Source of the DNA: a virus | Lineage: Duplodnaviria > Caudoviricetes | Virus record (IMG/VR): IMGVR_UViG_3300030108_004301 | Coordinates: 1 to 58,368 of that record | DNA: 58,368 nucleotides | Strand: one strand, 5' to 3' | Shown here: positions 8,053 through 17,007 of the stretch, piece after piece | How positions within the stretch are numbered: the stretch's first letter is position 1 | Layout of the letters: each line of letters begins with the position of its first letter | Translations under genes and position numbers: made by a program | Notes under the pieces: model-generated | Seen by the model: only the letters and a program-made list of their open reading frames with translations | Databases searched by the model: none | Told to the model about the DNA's origin: nothing

Positions 8053-9012
8053 ATGCAGGAAAACACAGCAGAAAAAATTAAAGAAGAAGAAACAATAGAA
8101 GTTCCTTTAGAACAAGAAAAAACTAATAAAACTGAGAAAGCAGAAGTAACTGAGGAAAAAGAAGAGGTTACTGTTGCTACAGAAGAACAGACAAAAAATA
8201 AAGAAGAAGAGCTGAATGAGTATAGCGAAAAAGTTCAAAAGCGAATAAGCAAACTCACTGCGAAAATGAAAGAGCATGAAAGAAGAGAAAAAGCGGCTCT
8301 GCAATTTGCTGAGTCTGCTAAGCAAGAACTTGAAACCATGAAAGCTCAAACACAACAAATAGATTCTAATTATGTAAAAGAATTAGAAAACAGAGTAACT
8401 ATACAAAAAAGTGCGTTAGAAACTCAATTAAAACAAGCGATTGAATCTGGTGATACAGAAACACAAGTTAAGGTACAAACAGAATTAGCTAATTTGGCAC
8501 AAGATAATAATAGACTTGAGTATATAAAACAAGAACAAGAAAAACAAAAGGCACCTCAGCAACCAATGCAACAGCCTCAACAGCCGATGCAACAGCCTCA
8601 ACAACCCCAACAACGACCGCCTGACCCTAAAGCGTTGGCTTGGGGAGAAAAAAATAAGTGGTTTGGATCGGATGAACCTATGACTCTTACAGCCTTTAAT
8701 ATTCATAAACAACTTATACAAGCAGAGGGTTATGATGGTACCTCTGATGAATATTATGAAGAAATGGATAAGAGGATGAGGGAACAATGGCCTCAAAAAT
8801 TTAAAGAAGAAGTTACAGAACAACCGAATACAAAAAATTCAGGTCCTGCTGTTGCTTCAGTAAGTAGAAATTCTGGTAATACAAAGAAGAAATCAGTTAA
8901 GTTGACACATTCTGAACTAGCGATTGCTAAGAAATTAGGTGTCTCACCAGAACAATACGCAAAGCAAGTATTAAAACTACAAGCTGAGCGAAATGTTAAC
9001 ACTAATTCGTGA
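8053..9012 (+). CDS. putative capsid scaffolding protein
   Basis: Acidic coiled-coil upstream of the capsid genes, with a QQP low-complexity linker and C-terminal IAKKLGVSPEQYAK. Confidence 0.7.
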   Translation: MQENTAEKIKEEETIEVPLEQEKTNKTEKAEVTEEKEEVTVATEEQTKNKEEELNEYSEKVQKRISKLTAKMKEHERREKAALQFAESAKQELETMKAQTQQIDSNYVKELENRVTIQKSALETQLKQAIESGDTETQVKVQTELANLAQDNNRLEYIKQEQEKQKAPQQPMQQPQQPMQQPQQPQQRPPDPKALAWGEKNKWFGSDEPMTLTAFNIHKQLIQAEGYDGTSDEYYEEMDKRMREQWPQKFKEEVTEQPNTKNSGPAVASVSRNSGNTKKKSVKLTHSELAIAKKLGVSPEQYAKQVLKLQAERNVNTNS

Positions 9013-9024
9013 GGAGAAACTACT

Positions 9025-9483
9025 ATGGTAGATCAAACACCACGCACTTCCCAAACTAGGGAAAAACAGTCTCGAAGAAAACCTTGGAGACCACCGTCTA
9101 GTTTAGACGCACCCCCCGCACCTGAAGGATTTATTCATCGCTGGATAAGAGAATCTGTAATGGGTTTCGATGATAAAAAGAATCTTTCTGCTCGCCTACG
9201 CGAAGGCTTTGAACTTGTTCGTGCAGATGAATACCCAGATTTTGAAGCTCCCACTATTCAAGACGGCAAACACGCTGGAGTGATTGGTGTGGGTGGATTA
9301 GTTTTGGCAAGATTCCCAGTTGAATCAGCTAAAGAGAGAAAAAAGTTTTTTGAAAAAAAGACTGAGGATCAAATGACCGCTGTCGATAATGATTTAATGA
9401 GGGAAAATCATCCATCAATGCCAATCAGTAAACCTGAAAGGCAGAGTAAAATAACTTTTGGAGGCAAAAAAGCCTCTGATTAA
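9025..9483 (+). CDS. head-module hypothetical protein
   Basis: GAGGAG RBS, W.PPS.L.AP and RWIR motifs, and position between scaffold and capsid. Confidence 0.75.
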   Translation: MVDQTPRTSQTREKQSRRKPWRPPSSLDAPPAPEGFIHRWIRESVMGFDDKKNLSARLREGFELVRADEYPDFEAPTIQDGKHAGVIGVGGLVLARFPVESAKERKKFFEKKTEDQMTAVDNDLMRENHPSMPISKPERQSKITFGGKKASD

Positions 9484-9512
9484 TATTAATTTGATTTGAA
9501 AGGATCGAGAAA

Positions 9513-10130
9513 ATGGCAAATATAGATGCTGCTTTTGGGCTTAGACCCTACAAGATGCTCGGTGCGGGAACAAACTCAAATGGTGTGATGACATTCGATA
9601 TACAAACCACAGGCGTGGCTGGAACTTCAAGTGTAATTTATGAAGGTACTCCAGTAATTCCTCTAGCAAATGGTTTGGTAGATATTGTCGGAGCTGCCGC
9701 TGGTGGAACTGTTCCTCTACTCGGAGCGTTTATTGGCTGCAAGTATATTGATTTAAATGGAGATACCAAGTTCGCTAATAAGTGGCCTGGAACTTCAGCT
9801 GTAAAATCAAGTACAGCAGCGACTGCTTTGATATCTGCACACCCTGATCAATTATTTTTGATTAATGCGGATGCAGCTATGACTCAAGCAGGAGTTCACG
9901 CTAATGCAAACTTTTCTAGTGGAACATCAGGAGATGATACTACTGGTAAATCCTCAGCTGAGTTAGCAGTTAGTACTTTGAATACAACTAACACTCTTAA
10001 TATGAGAGTTGTTGGTTTTGAGGATTCACCCTCAAACTCAGATGCAACTGCTGCTGGTAGAAAAGTAATAGTAATGTTAAACAATCACTTTTATCGTTAT
10101 AATGCTAACGGTACTGGTGCTGGTATATAG
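9513..10130 (+). CDS. putative capsid decoration / minor head protein
   Basis: MAN.DA.FGLRP start, Ala/Gly/Thr-rich, immediately upstream of the major capsid gene. Confidence 0.65.
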   Translation: MANIDAAFGLRPYKMLGAGTNSNGVMTFDIQTTGVAGTSSVIYEGTPVIPLANGLVDIVGAAAGGTVPLLGAFIGCKYIDLNGDTKFANKWPGTSAVKSSTAATALISAHPDQLFLINADAAMTQAGVHANANFSSGTSGDDTTGKSSAELAVSTLNTTNTLNMRVVGFEDSPSNSDATAAGRKVIVMLNNHFYRYNANGTGAGI

Positions 10131-10141
10131 GAGGGAATGTA

Positions 10142-11050
10142 ATGGCAATAACTAGATCACAACTTCTAAAAGAACTAGAACCAGGACTAAACGCTTTATT
10201 TGGACTTGAGTATGATAGATACGACAACCAACACGCTGAAATCTACGAAACAGAAACTTCTGATCGAGCTTTTGAGGAAGAAGTAATGTTAGCTGGTTTC
10301 GGACAGGCTCCTGTTAAAGGAGAGGGTGCAGCAGTAACTTTTGATTCTGCAAACGAAGCATTCACGGCTCGTTACACTCATGAGACTATTGCGTTAGCAT
10401 TTGCTATCACTGAGGAAGCGGTAGAGGATAATCTTTATGATCGTCTTTCTAGTCGTTATACTCGTGCGTTAGCAAGGTCTATGGCGAATACTAAACAAGT
10501 GAAGGCTGCGGCTGTTTTAAACAACGCATTTGATAGTACAGTCACTTATGGAGATGGGAAAGAGCTTTGTGCTACAGACCACCCTACTACTGGTGGCGGT
10601 AACTTTAGAAATGAGTTGACTACTGCTGCTGATTTAAACGAAACATCATTAGAGCAATCATTAATTGATATTGCTGCATTTATTGATGAAAGAGGCTTGA
10701 AAATTGCTTTACAAGGAAGAAAACTTATTATTCCTTCTGCGTTGCAATTTGTAGCTGAGCGTTTAATGGCAACAAACTTGAGACCAGGAACTTCAGATAA
10801 TGATGTTAATGCTATGAGAAACATGGGTATGTTACCTGAGGGATATGTAGTAAATAACTTCTTAACTGATACGGATGCGTTCTTTATTAAAACAGACGCT
10901 CCTAATGGTTTCAAACATTTTGAAAGAGCGGCTATCAAAACATCTATGGAAGGTGATTTTGATACAGGAAATGTTAGGTACAAAGCAAGAGAAAGATACA
11001 GTTTCGGTGTATCTGACCCTCGTTGTGTGTTTGGCTCTCCTGGAGCATAA
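10142..11050 (+). CDS. major capsid protein
   Basis: MAITRSQLLKELEPGLNALFGLEY...RERYSFG.SD.R signature of a widespread aquatic phage capsid family. Strong RBS, followed by a terminator. Confidence 0.92.
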   Translation: MAITRSQLLKELEPGLNALFGLEYDRYDNQHAEIYETETSDRAFEEEVMLAGFGQAPVKGEGAAVTFDSANEAFTARYTHETIALAFAITEEAVEDNLYDRLSSRYTRALARSMANTKQVKAAAVLNNAFDSTVTYGDGKELCATDHPTTGGGNFRNELTTAADLNETSLEQSLIDIAAFIDERGLKIALQGRKLIIPSALQFVAERLMATNLRPGTSDNDVNAMRNMGMLPEGYVVNNFLTDTDAFFIKTDAPNGFKHFERAAIKTSMEGDFDTGNVRYKARERYSFGVSDPRCVFGSPGA

Positions 11051-11072
11051 CTTTCTAAAAGTTAGACTAAAT

Positions 11073-11103
11073 AAAAGGGTGACTTGCGTGTCACCCTTTT
11101 TTT
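11073..11103 (+). terminator. intrinsic terminator after the capsid gene
   Basis: AAAAGGGTGAC / GTCACCCTTTT stem followed by a T-run. Confidence 0.85.
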
Positions 11104-11120
11104 ATGTATTATTAATTTAT

Positions 11121-11191
11121 CTCGGATTAACAGCTCTAGCGACTGGCCGAGCAGACGCTAACGAAGACTCTAGAGCAAACCCTTTCGTTAG
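11121..11191 (+). ncRNA. candidate structured 5' leader (chained double pseudoknot overlapping RBS)
   Basis: Three interleaved helices: 11121-25/11147-51, 11133-39/11170-76 and 11158-66/11183-91. Confidence 0.5.
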
Positions 11192-11204
11192 GAGGTACTA
11201 AGAT

Positions 11205-11951
11205 ATGGGTAAAACACATTTCTCAGGTCCAGTATTATTTTCAAATGCTAGACCTACATTAGAAAACTTAAACATAAAAGCGTGGCCTGATCAAGTTGTT
11301 TATATGGATGACTTTACTGGCGTAGCTTTTGATAATACAAATGACTGGACTGTTGTAAAAGATTCAAGTGCTACTGTTGCATTAGATGCTGATGTTTTAA
11401 ATGGTGTAGTAAAACTTTCTTCTCAGGCTACAACTGATAACGATGGTAGTTCTATTCAAGGTAACGAAATATTTGCTTTACCTTCTACTGCTGGTGAAAA
11501 ACTTTATTTTGAAGCTCGTTTTTCTATGGCTGATGCTGATCAAATGGATTTATTTATTGGAGTTTGTGAAAACTTTGCAACAAACCCAGAAGCGTGTCTA
11601 GCAGCAGCAAACAGAATAGGTTTTCAAATTGATGATGGGGACGCTACTCCTCACCTGATTTCTGAATCTGGTGGTACAGAAACTGATACAACTTTGTCAG
11701 GAACAGCAGATGATTTTGCTGATGACACAAATGTTACTGTCAGTTTTGTTGCTACAAAAGGAACATCTACTGATACTGTTAAATACTATATCAATAGAAA
11801 ACTTGTAGGTACTCACACCACAAACATTCCAACTGCTAATATGGCTGCGGCTGCGATGGAAATTTCTGGAAACGCTACAGGAACAAAGTCTATGTCTATT
11901 GATTATATTATGGTTGCACAAGATCGTGGTGTATCTTACGCAGATTCTTAG
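11205..11951 (+). CDS. putative virion structural protein (beta-rich)
   Basis: AGGAGG RBS, THFSGPV start, Thr/Asp/Ala-rich, located after the capsid gene. Confidence 0.7.
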   Translation: MGKTHFSGPVLFSNARPTLENLNIKAWPDQVVYMDDFTGVAFDNTNDWTVVKDSSATVALDADVLNGVVKLSSQATTDNDGSSIQGNEIFALPSTAGEKLYFEARFSMADADQMDLFIGVCENFATNPEACLAAANRIGFQIDDGDATPHLISESGGTETDTTLSGTADDFADDTNVTVSFVATKGTSTDTVKYYINRKLVGTHTTNIPTANMAAAAMEISGNATGTKSMSIDYIMVAQDRGVSYADS

Positions 11952-11960
11952 GAGTTATAG

Positions 11961-12074
11961 ATGGTAAAGACAACTAAGAAAACCGAAACTAAAAAAACTA
12001 AAACATTAAAACTTCCTCCTTGGAGTGCAGAATATAAAGCTGCAATTTTAGATGGAAGAATTAAGGAGAAATAA
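11961..12074 (+). CDS. small Lys/Thr-rich peptide (37 aa)
   Basis: AGGAG RBS. Its stop abuts the next ATG. Confidence 0.5.
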   Translation: MVKTTKKTETKKTKTLKLPPWSAEYKAAILDGRIKEK

Positions 12075-12683
12075 ATGGCAGGATCTGATGTAGAATCAAG
12101 TTTTATTGAAGCTGCTGCTGCTGACACCGATGGAGTTTGTGCGAGTCAAACTCCTGGTTCAGCCACCAATATGACTATAAATGGTGCGTTAGCAGATAGT
12201 GGTTCCGTAACTTTTGATCAACCAAGAAACCTTACTATAGCTTCAGCTGGAGACGATAGTGGTAAAACTTTTACCGTTACAGGAACAGATGAAACAGGTA
12301 CAGCACAAACTGAAGTGATAACGGGAGCAGATACAGGTACTGCAACTGGTTCTAGTTTTTTTGCGACTGTAACACAAATAGCAACGAGTGCTGCAACAGC
12401 AGGAGCTGTTACTGTTGGTTCTGGTACTTCTATAGCAGCAGTTATGTTTAGAGGCAGAATGCGTTTAAAAGGTCTTTATGTTGTAAACGGTGCTTCTGCA
12501 AAAACTATAAATTTCAGACAAACTTCTGGTACAGGCTCAATCAGAATGAAATTTGCTACCACAGCTGGAGTAAATACTAATTCATATCCTGATATTCCTG
12601 GCGAGGGTATTTTGTTTGAATCTGGTGGTTATATTACTTTTACTCAAGCTGATTTTACTGCAATGACTGTGTTTTTTGCTTAG
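12075..12683 (+). CDS. putative virion structural protein
   Basis: MAGSDV start, Thr/Ala/Gly-rich, with IPGEGILF motif. Confidence 0.7.
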   Translation: MAGSDVESSFIEAAAADTDGVCASQTPGSATNMTINGALADSGSVTFDQPRNLTIASAGDDSGKTFTVTGTDETGTAQTEVITGADTGTATGSSFFATVTQIATSAATAGAVTVGSGTSIAAVMFRGRMRLKGLYVVNGASAKTINFRQTSGTGSIRMKFATTAGVNTNSYPDIPGEGILFESGGYITFTQADFTAMTVFFA

Positions 12684-12684
12684 T

Positions 12685-12990
12685 ATGACTAAAACAAATA
12701 AACGCATACCAAGAAAAAAAGGACAACCAGTAGGTAGTAAAAAACACTCTGACTTATACACGGATGAAAATCCTAAAGGAACGATAAGAGGTTTAAAATT
12801 CGCTACAGTAGCAGATGCTAAAAAATCGGTAAGTAAAATAAAAAATTCTGGAAAAACTCATGCTCACAAAACCCAAGCAGCGATAGCAATGGAACAACGA
12901 GCTAGAGTTGCTGGAAAAACTGGAGCAGCTAGTGTGTATAGAACATTTATAAATCAACAAAAGAAAAAAACCAAAAGAAAGGTTGCATAA
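12685..12990 (+). CDS. basic hypothetical protein
   Basis: SDLYTDENPKGT and MEQRA motifs; Lys-rich. Confidence 0.7.
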   Translation: MTKTNKRIPRKKGQPVGSKKHSDLYTDENPKGTIRGLKFATVADAKKSVSKIKNSGKTHAHKTQAAIAMEQRARVAGKTGAASVYRTFINQQKKKTKRKVA

Positions 12991-13274
12991 TGGCTACTAC
13001 AAAGGATGTAAAAAGAACACCCAGCGGTAAAATTGTTTATAGAGGAGAAACTTTTTCTGGTTTTAATAAACCGAAAAAAACACCATCTGGACCTAAAAAA
13101 TCGGCTGTTTTAGCGAAGGTTGGTTCAAATATAAAACTTGTTAGGTTTGGTGACCCTAATATGAAGATAAAAAAAGACATTCCTGCACGAAGAAAATCCT
13201 TTCGTGCAAGACATAATTGTGCTACTGCTAAAGATAAGTTTAGTGCAAGATATTGGAGTTGTAAGGCGTGGTAA
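12990..13274 (+). CDS. basic hypothetical protein
   Basis: VRFGDPNM...RRKSFRARHNC...ARYWSC motif. Confidence 0.75.
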   Translation: MATTKDVKRTPSGKIVYRGETFSGFNKPKKTPSGPKKSAVLAKVGSNIKLVRFGDPNMKIKKDIPARRKSFRARHNCATAKDKFSARYWSCKAW

Positions 13275-13465
13275 CAAAAAAAGAATCAGAAAAAATATCT
13301 AACCTAGAAATAGATGTTAAGGTTATCATGGAAAAAGTAGATACTATTGAAAACAACCATCTTGCTCACATGAAAAAAGATATTGATTCTCTTAATAATA
13401 AAATATGGGGTATTGTAACATTAGCCATTGTCCAGCTTTGTGCTATTTTACTTACTACAATCTAA
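13268..13465 (+). CDS. small coiled-coil protein with C-terminal TM helix
   Basis: NNHL.H motif followed by a hydrophobic tail. Confidence 0.6.
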   Translation: MVTKKESEKISNLEIDVKVIMEKVDTIENNHLAHMKKDIDSLNNKIWGIVTLAIVQLCAILLTTI

Positions 13466-13728
13466 TGCCGATAACACGCTCCCAAATGACAAAACAAATA
13501 TCCAAGGGAACAAAGAAAAAGAAAAAAGTAAAGATTCCAAAAAAATATTTAGCTGGTTTATCTGGTAAAGAATTAGCTAAACGGAAAAAAGAGATTAACA
13601 AAAACGCAAGAAAATCTTCAAAAGACCCATCAGCATATAAGTTTGCTACTGATTTTACTGCTGGTGGAAAGAGAAGAAAAACAAAAGAATCTAAACATAC
13701 CAAAAAATTTAGGAGGATGTATGGTTAA
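13465..13728 (+). CDS. Lys-rich hypothetical protein
   Basis: ATG overlaps the previous stop (TAATG). Motifs PKKYL.GL and SKHTKKF..MYG. Confidence 0.7.
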   Translation: MPITRSQMTKQISKGTKKKKKVKIPKKYLAGLSGKELAKRKKEINKNARKSSKDPSAYKFATDFTAGGKRRKTKESKHTKKFRRMYG

Positions 13729-13855
13729 AAAAACTAAAAACAAAAAAAGTTTTGCTAAAAATGGTAAAACTAACGGTTTATCAGCTAAACAGAAAAAATT
13801 ACCTAAATCTCTTCAAGCTGCTATCTTAAAAGCTAAGAAGAAAAAAAGAGGCTAA
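13721..13855 (+). CDS. Lys-rich peptide
   Basis: AGGAGG RBS; LS.KQKKLP..LQ motif. Confidence 0.6.
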   Translation: MVKKTKNKKSFAKNGKTNGLSAKQKKLPKSLQAAILKAKKKKRG

Positions 13856-13856
13856 A

Positions 13857-14123
13857 ATGGCGTTAAGTGCGAAAACTAAAAAAACTTTAGCTGAAAAAGC
13901 TAAAAAAGCTAGAGCCAAAGGTAAAAAAGTAACTGCTGGTCAATTAGCAAGAGTGTATAACAAAGGTCTTGCCGCTTATAGAACAGGACACCGTCCAGGA
14001 GCCTCACCTAATCAATGGGCTATGGCTAGGGTAAACTCTGTGCTTACTGGTGGAAAAGCTGCAAAAGTAGACGCTCACATTTTTGGTAAAGGTAAAAAGA
14101 AAAAGAAAACTACAACAGCATAG
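13857..14123 (+). CDS. basic hypothetical protein (DUF5824-like)
   Basis: VY.KG.AAY.TGHRPG...QWA.ARVNS motif. Confidence 0.7.
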   Translation: MALSAKTKKTLAEKAKKARAKGKKVTAGQLARVYNKGLAAYRTGHRPGASPNQWAMARVNSVLTGGKAAKVDAHIFGKGKKKKKTTTA

Positions 14124-14131
14124 GGGAAAAT

Positions 14132-14818
14132 ATGCCTCATTTAATTAGCAATATCCCTTACTTTAAGTGTTGGGTTAGAAGAGAATTTACTGTAAATCAC
14201 GAAAGGTATCATGGAGAGTATCTTCATGCGATGGCTATAGCGGTCAATACAATACCAGATAGATGTTTAAGTTTCCAAGTTATTTTTACTGGTTGTGAAT
14301 CTGATGATTCCCCAAAAGAACAAAATGTTCATGGTGGAGCGATGTGGGCGAGAATGCCTATAAGTGCTTTAGTTGCCGACACTCCTTTGCAAGAGTGGCC
14401 AGAGGTTATGCAAACTCATTTAGTGCAACCTTGGGATTGTTCTTCACGAGATCATTCGTGTATTGTTATGGAAAGAACGAGTTCTTCTCCTTGGCGTTGC
14501 AAAATCGATGGAAAGTTTTATACTGGTAAATATATGTTTACGATTGATTACACAAATAACTCTATTGCTGATGATCCTGCTCAACATAAGCAGTCTCATG
14601 TTATTGAGTTAGTTGATGCTGGAAAGTGGACAGGTAACATTGTCGCTTTACCTAATAACAGGGTTAGGGCTACTAGTCCTGCGTTATGGGAAACTGGAGA
14701 AGGACCACCTGACTTTAAACCTAGTCAGTGGACACATTCAGCAGAATCTCATGATAGCTATATGGATGCAAATATAACTTTTAATAACCTTTATTCAGGA
14801 GATAAAAATGAAAAATAA
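14132..14818 (+). CDS. phage hypothetical protein
   Basis: GGAMWARMPI, QPWDC, HKQSH and ALPNNRVR motifs. Confidence 0.8.
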   Translation: MPHLISNIPYFKCWVRREFTVNHERYHGEYLHAMAIAVNTIPDRCLSFQVIFTGCESDDSPKEQNVHGGAMWARMPISALVADTPLQEWPEVMQTHLVQPWDCSSRDHSCIVMERTSSSPWRCKIDGKFYTGKYMFTIDYTNNSIADDPAQHKQSHVIELVDAGKWTGNIVALPNNRVRATSPALWETGEGPPDFKPSQWTHSAESHDSYMDANITFNNLYSGDKNEK

Positions 14819-15014
14819 AGTATCAGACAGAGGTTCAGTGGTTGAGACTGAACTTGCTCAAAAACCTAAAAAGAAAATGGGCGGAGGAATGATGAAAAAG
14901 AAAAATTATGCTAAAGGCGGTATGATGAACAAGAAAAACTTTGCTAAAGGTGGTATGATGAACAAGAAAAATTATGCTAAAGGTGGCAAAGTAATCAAAG
15001 GACCATACAGCTAA
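14808..15014 (+). CDS. Lys/Gly/Met-rich peptide with tandem repeats
   Basis: AGGAG RBS; three MMxKKN(Y/F)AKGG units. Confidence 0.7.
   Translation: MKNKVSDRGSVVETELAQKPKKKMGGGMMKKKNYAKGGMMNKKNFAKGGMMNKKNYAKGGKVIKGPYS
14889..14987 (+). repeat. 3 x 33-bp in-frame tandem repeat
   Basis: Units start at 14889, 14922 and 14955 (ATGATGAAxAAGAAAAAxTxTGCTAAAGGxGGx). Confidence 0.9.
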
Positions 15015-15151
15015 TGGCTAGAAAAGGCTTATACGCTAACATACACGCTAAAAGAAAAAGAGGCGGTAAAATGCGTAAAAAAGGAGCTAAAGGTGCTCCA
15101 ACAGCGGCTAACTTTGCCGCAGCAAAACTAACAGCAAGGAAAAAATCATGA
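15014..15151 (+). CDS. small basic peptide (MARKGLYANIHAKRKR...)
   Basis: Overlapping TAATG and ATGA junctions on both sides. Confidence 0.65.
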   Translation: MARKGLYANIHAKRKRGGKMRKKGAKGAPTAANFAAAKLTARKKS

Positions 15152-16050
15152 CTACTTCCTCTTCAAAAGATTTTGAATTAGATGTAGCTGATTACATTGA
15201 AGAAGCATTTGAAAGATGTGGTTTAGAGGTACGAACTGGTTACGACCTTAAAACTGCAAGACGCTCTTTAAATATTTTATTTGCTGATTGGGCTAATAGA
15301 GGTTTAAACCGTTGGACAATTAGCCAAGAAACTTTAAGTTTAGCCAATGGTATAAGCGAATATCCTTTAGGTACGCTTACTTTATCAGTTGCCTCTTCTG
15401 CAAGTTTTTCTGTTGGCGAAACGATAACAGGAGGAACAAGTTCAGCAACAGCCTCTGTTACTAGCATACCCTCTTCGACTTCTTTAGCTATTACAATACC
15501 CTCTGGAACTTTTACTTCATCAGAAACAATAACAGGAGGAACAAGCTCAGCTTCGACAACTTCTAGTGGTACTGTAAGTTTTTCTGATGTTATCTCAAGT
15601 ATAGATATTTTATCAGCTGTGGTAAGACAAAATGATGGCACTTCTACACAGTCCGATACATCGATAACAAGAGTAAGTAGAGATACTTTTTTATCTATTT
15701 CAAATAAAAGAAGCACTTCTACACCTAGTCAGTTTTATGTAGATAGACAAATAATTCCAACACTACGATTATGGCCGACACCAAATTCTTCTTCTTTAAA
15801 ATTAGTATTTGACAGATTAACAAGAATTGAAGACGCAGATGCAGATGTTAATACAGTTGATGTACCCTTTAGATTTTATCCTTGTTTGACAGCTGGATTA
15901 GCTTATTATATAGCTATGAAGAAAACACCAGAACGAGTAAAACTTTTAAAAGCTGTGTATGAAGAAGAGTTTGAAAGAGCAGCAGCAGAAGATAGAGACC
16001 GTTCTAGTTTAAGTTTAACCCCAAGCAGCACTTATTATCAATTAATATGA
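15148..16050 (+). CDS. head-tail adaptor / tail tubular-A-like protein with Ser/Thr-rich insertion
   Basis: IEEAFER.G, ARRSLN...WANRGLN, P.QFYVDR and PFRF..CL..GLAYY motifs. Confidence 0.7.
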   Translation: MTTSSSKDFELDVADYIEEAFERCGLEVRTGYDLKTARRSLNILFADWANRGLNRWTISQETLSLANGISEYPLGTLTLSVASSASFSVGETITGGTSSATASVTSIPSSTSLAITIPSGTFTSSETITGGTSSASTTSSGTVSFSDVISSIDILSAVVRQNDGTSTQSDTSITRVSRDTFLSISNKRSTSTPSQFYVDRQIIPTLRLWPTPNSSSLKLVFDRLTRIEDADADVNTVDVPFRFYPCLTAGLAYYIAMKKTPERVKLLKAVYEEEFERAAAEDRDRSSLSLTPSSTYYQLI

Positions 16051-16355
16051 AATACGCTAGTGGAAAATATTCTAAGTTTATATCCGACCGAAGTGGGATG
16101 GAATTTCCGTACAGGGAAAGAGTTAAAGAGTGGAATGGTTTTATAGTTCATAGAAGTGAATACGAGGCTAAACACCCACAACTAGAACCTAAAAGACCAC
16201 CATTTGAACCCCAAGCGTTGATGGATCCAAGAACACCACAACCTGAAACATTTACAATACAAGTAAGTGAAACTTTTTTAAGTGATAACGGTATAGAAAG
16301 TAAATCAATACACGGAACAAGTGGTGTTGGTGAAGTTAAGGTGGTGACCTCATGA
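16047..16355 (+). CDS. hypothetical protein
   Basis: YASGK..ISDRSG..FPY...EWNG...E.KHPQL motif; lies in the tail module. Confidence 0.7.
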   Translation: MKYASGKYSKFISDRSGMEFPYRERVKEWNGFIVHRSEYEAKHPQLEPKRPPFEPQALMDPRTPQPETFTIQVSETFLSDNGIESKSIHGTSGVGEVKVVTS

Positions 16356-17002
16356 GTTGGACACTTACCACTTTAAAAAACGCTATACAAGATTACACTC
16401 AAAACACTGAAACAACTTTTGTAAATAACCTGAATAACTTTATAATTACAACTGAAGAAAGAATACTAAAACAAGTAGATTTAGATTATTTTAGAAAAAA
16501 TGTTACTGGTAGTATGTCTTCTGGTAATAAGTTTTTGCAAGTGCCTGATGATTATCTGGCTTCTTTTTCACTTTCTTTTACAAACTCTGACGCAGAAACA
16601 CAGTTTTTGCTGCAAAAAGATGTGAACTATATACAGACATTTACACCAAAAGGTAATACAACAACTGGAAACCCAAGATTTTATGCCTTGTTTGATGTTA
16701 GTAATTTTATACTTGCTCCAACACCTAGTGACGATTTTTCTACTGAACTTCATTATTATTATAGACCGACTTCTATTACTGCTACAAGCGATGGTACTTC
16801 TTGGTTAGGAACAAACGCTCAAGATGCTATGTTGTATGGCACATTATGTGAGGCTTATACTTTTATGAAGGGTGATGATGATTTATTTAAGATATATTTA
16901 GCTAGGTTTCAAGAGTCTTTACTTAGATTAAAAGATTATGGGGAAGCACGAGAAAATTCTGATGCTTATAGGCAAGGTTTAGTATCTACTCGTAGAACAT
17001 AA
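16352..17002 (+). CDS. putative tail adaptor / tubular protein
   Basis: L..AIQDYT, LAPTP and LYG.L.EAY.FMKG motifs. Confidence 0.7.
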   Translation: MSWTLTTLKNAIQDYTQNTETTFVNNLNNFIITTEERILKQVDLDYFRKNVTGSMSSGNKFLQVPDDYLASFSLSFTNSDAETQFLLQKDVNYIQTFTPKGNTTTGNPRFYALFDVSNFILAPTPSDDFSTELHYYYRPTSITATSDGTSWLGTNAQDAMLYGTLCEAYTFMKGDDDLFKIYLARFQESLLRLKDYGEARENSDAYRQGLVSTRRT

Positions 17003-17007
17003 GGTAA

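Noticed and set aside
8551-8625. CAACAGCC-type repeats in the scaffold gene
   Set aside because: Ordinary Gln/Pro low-complexity linker (QQPMQQPQ).
10875-11201. Overlapping +1-frame ORF as a programmed frameshift extension of the capsid protein
   Set aside because: No clear slippery site, it runs through a strong terminator, and the translation looks non-protein-like.
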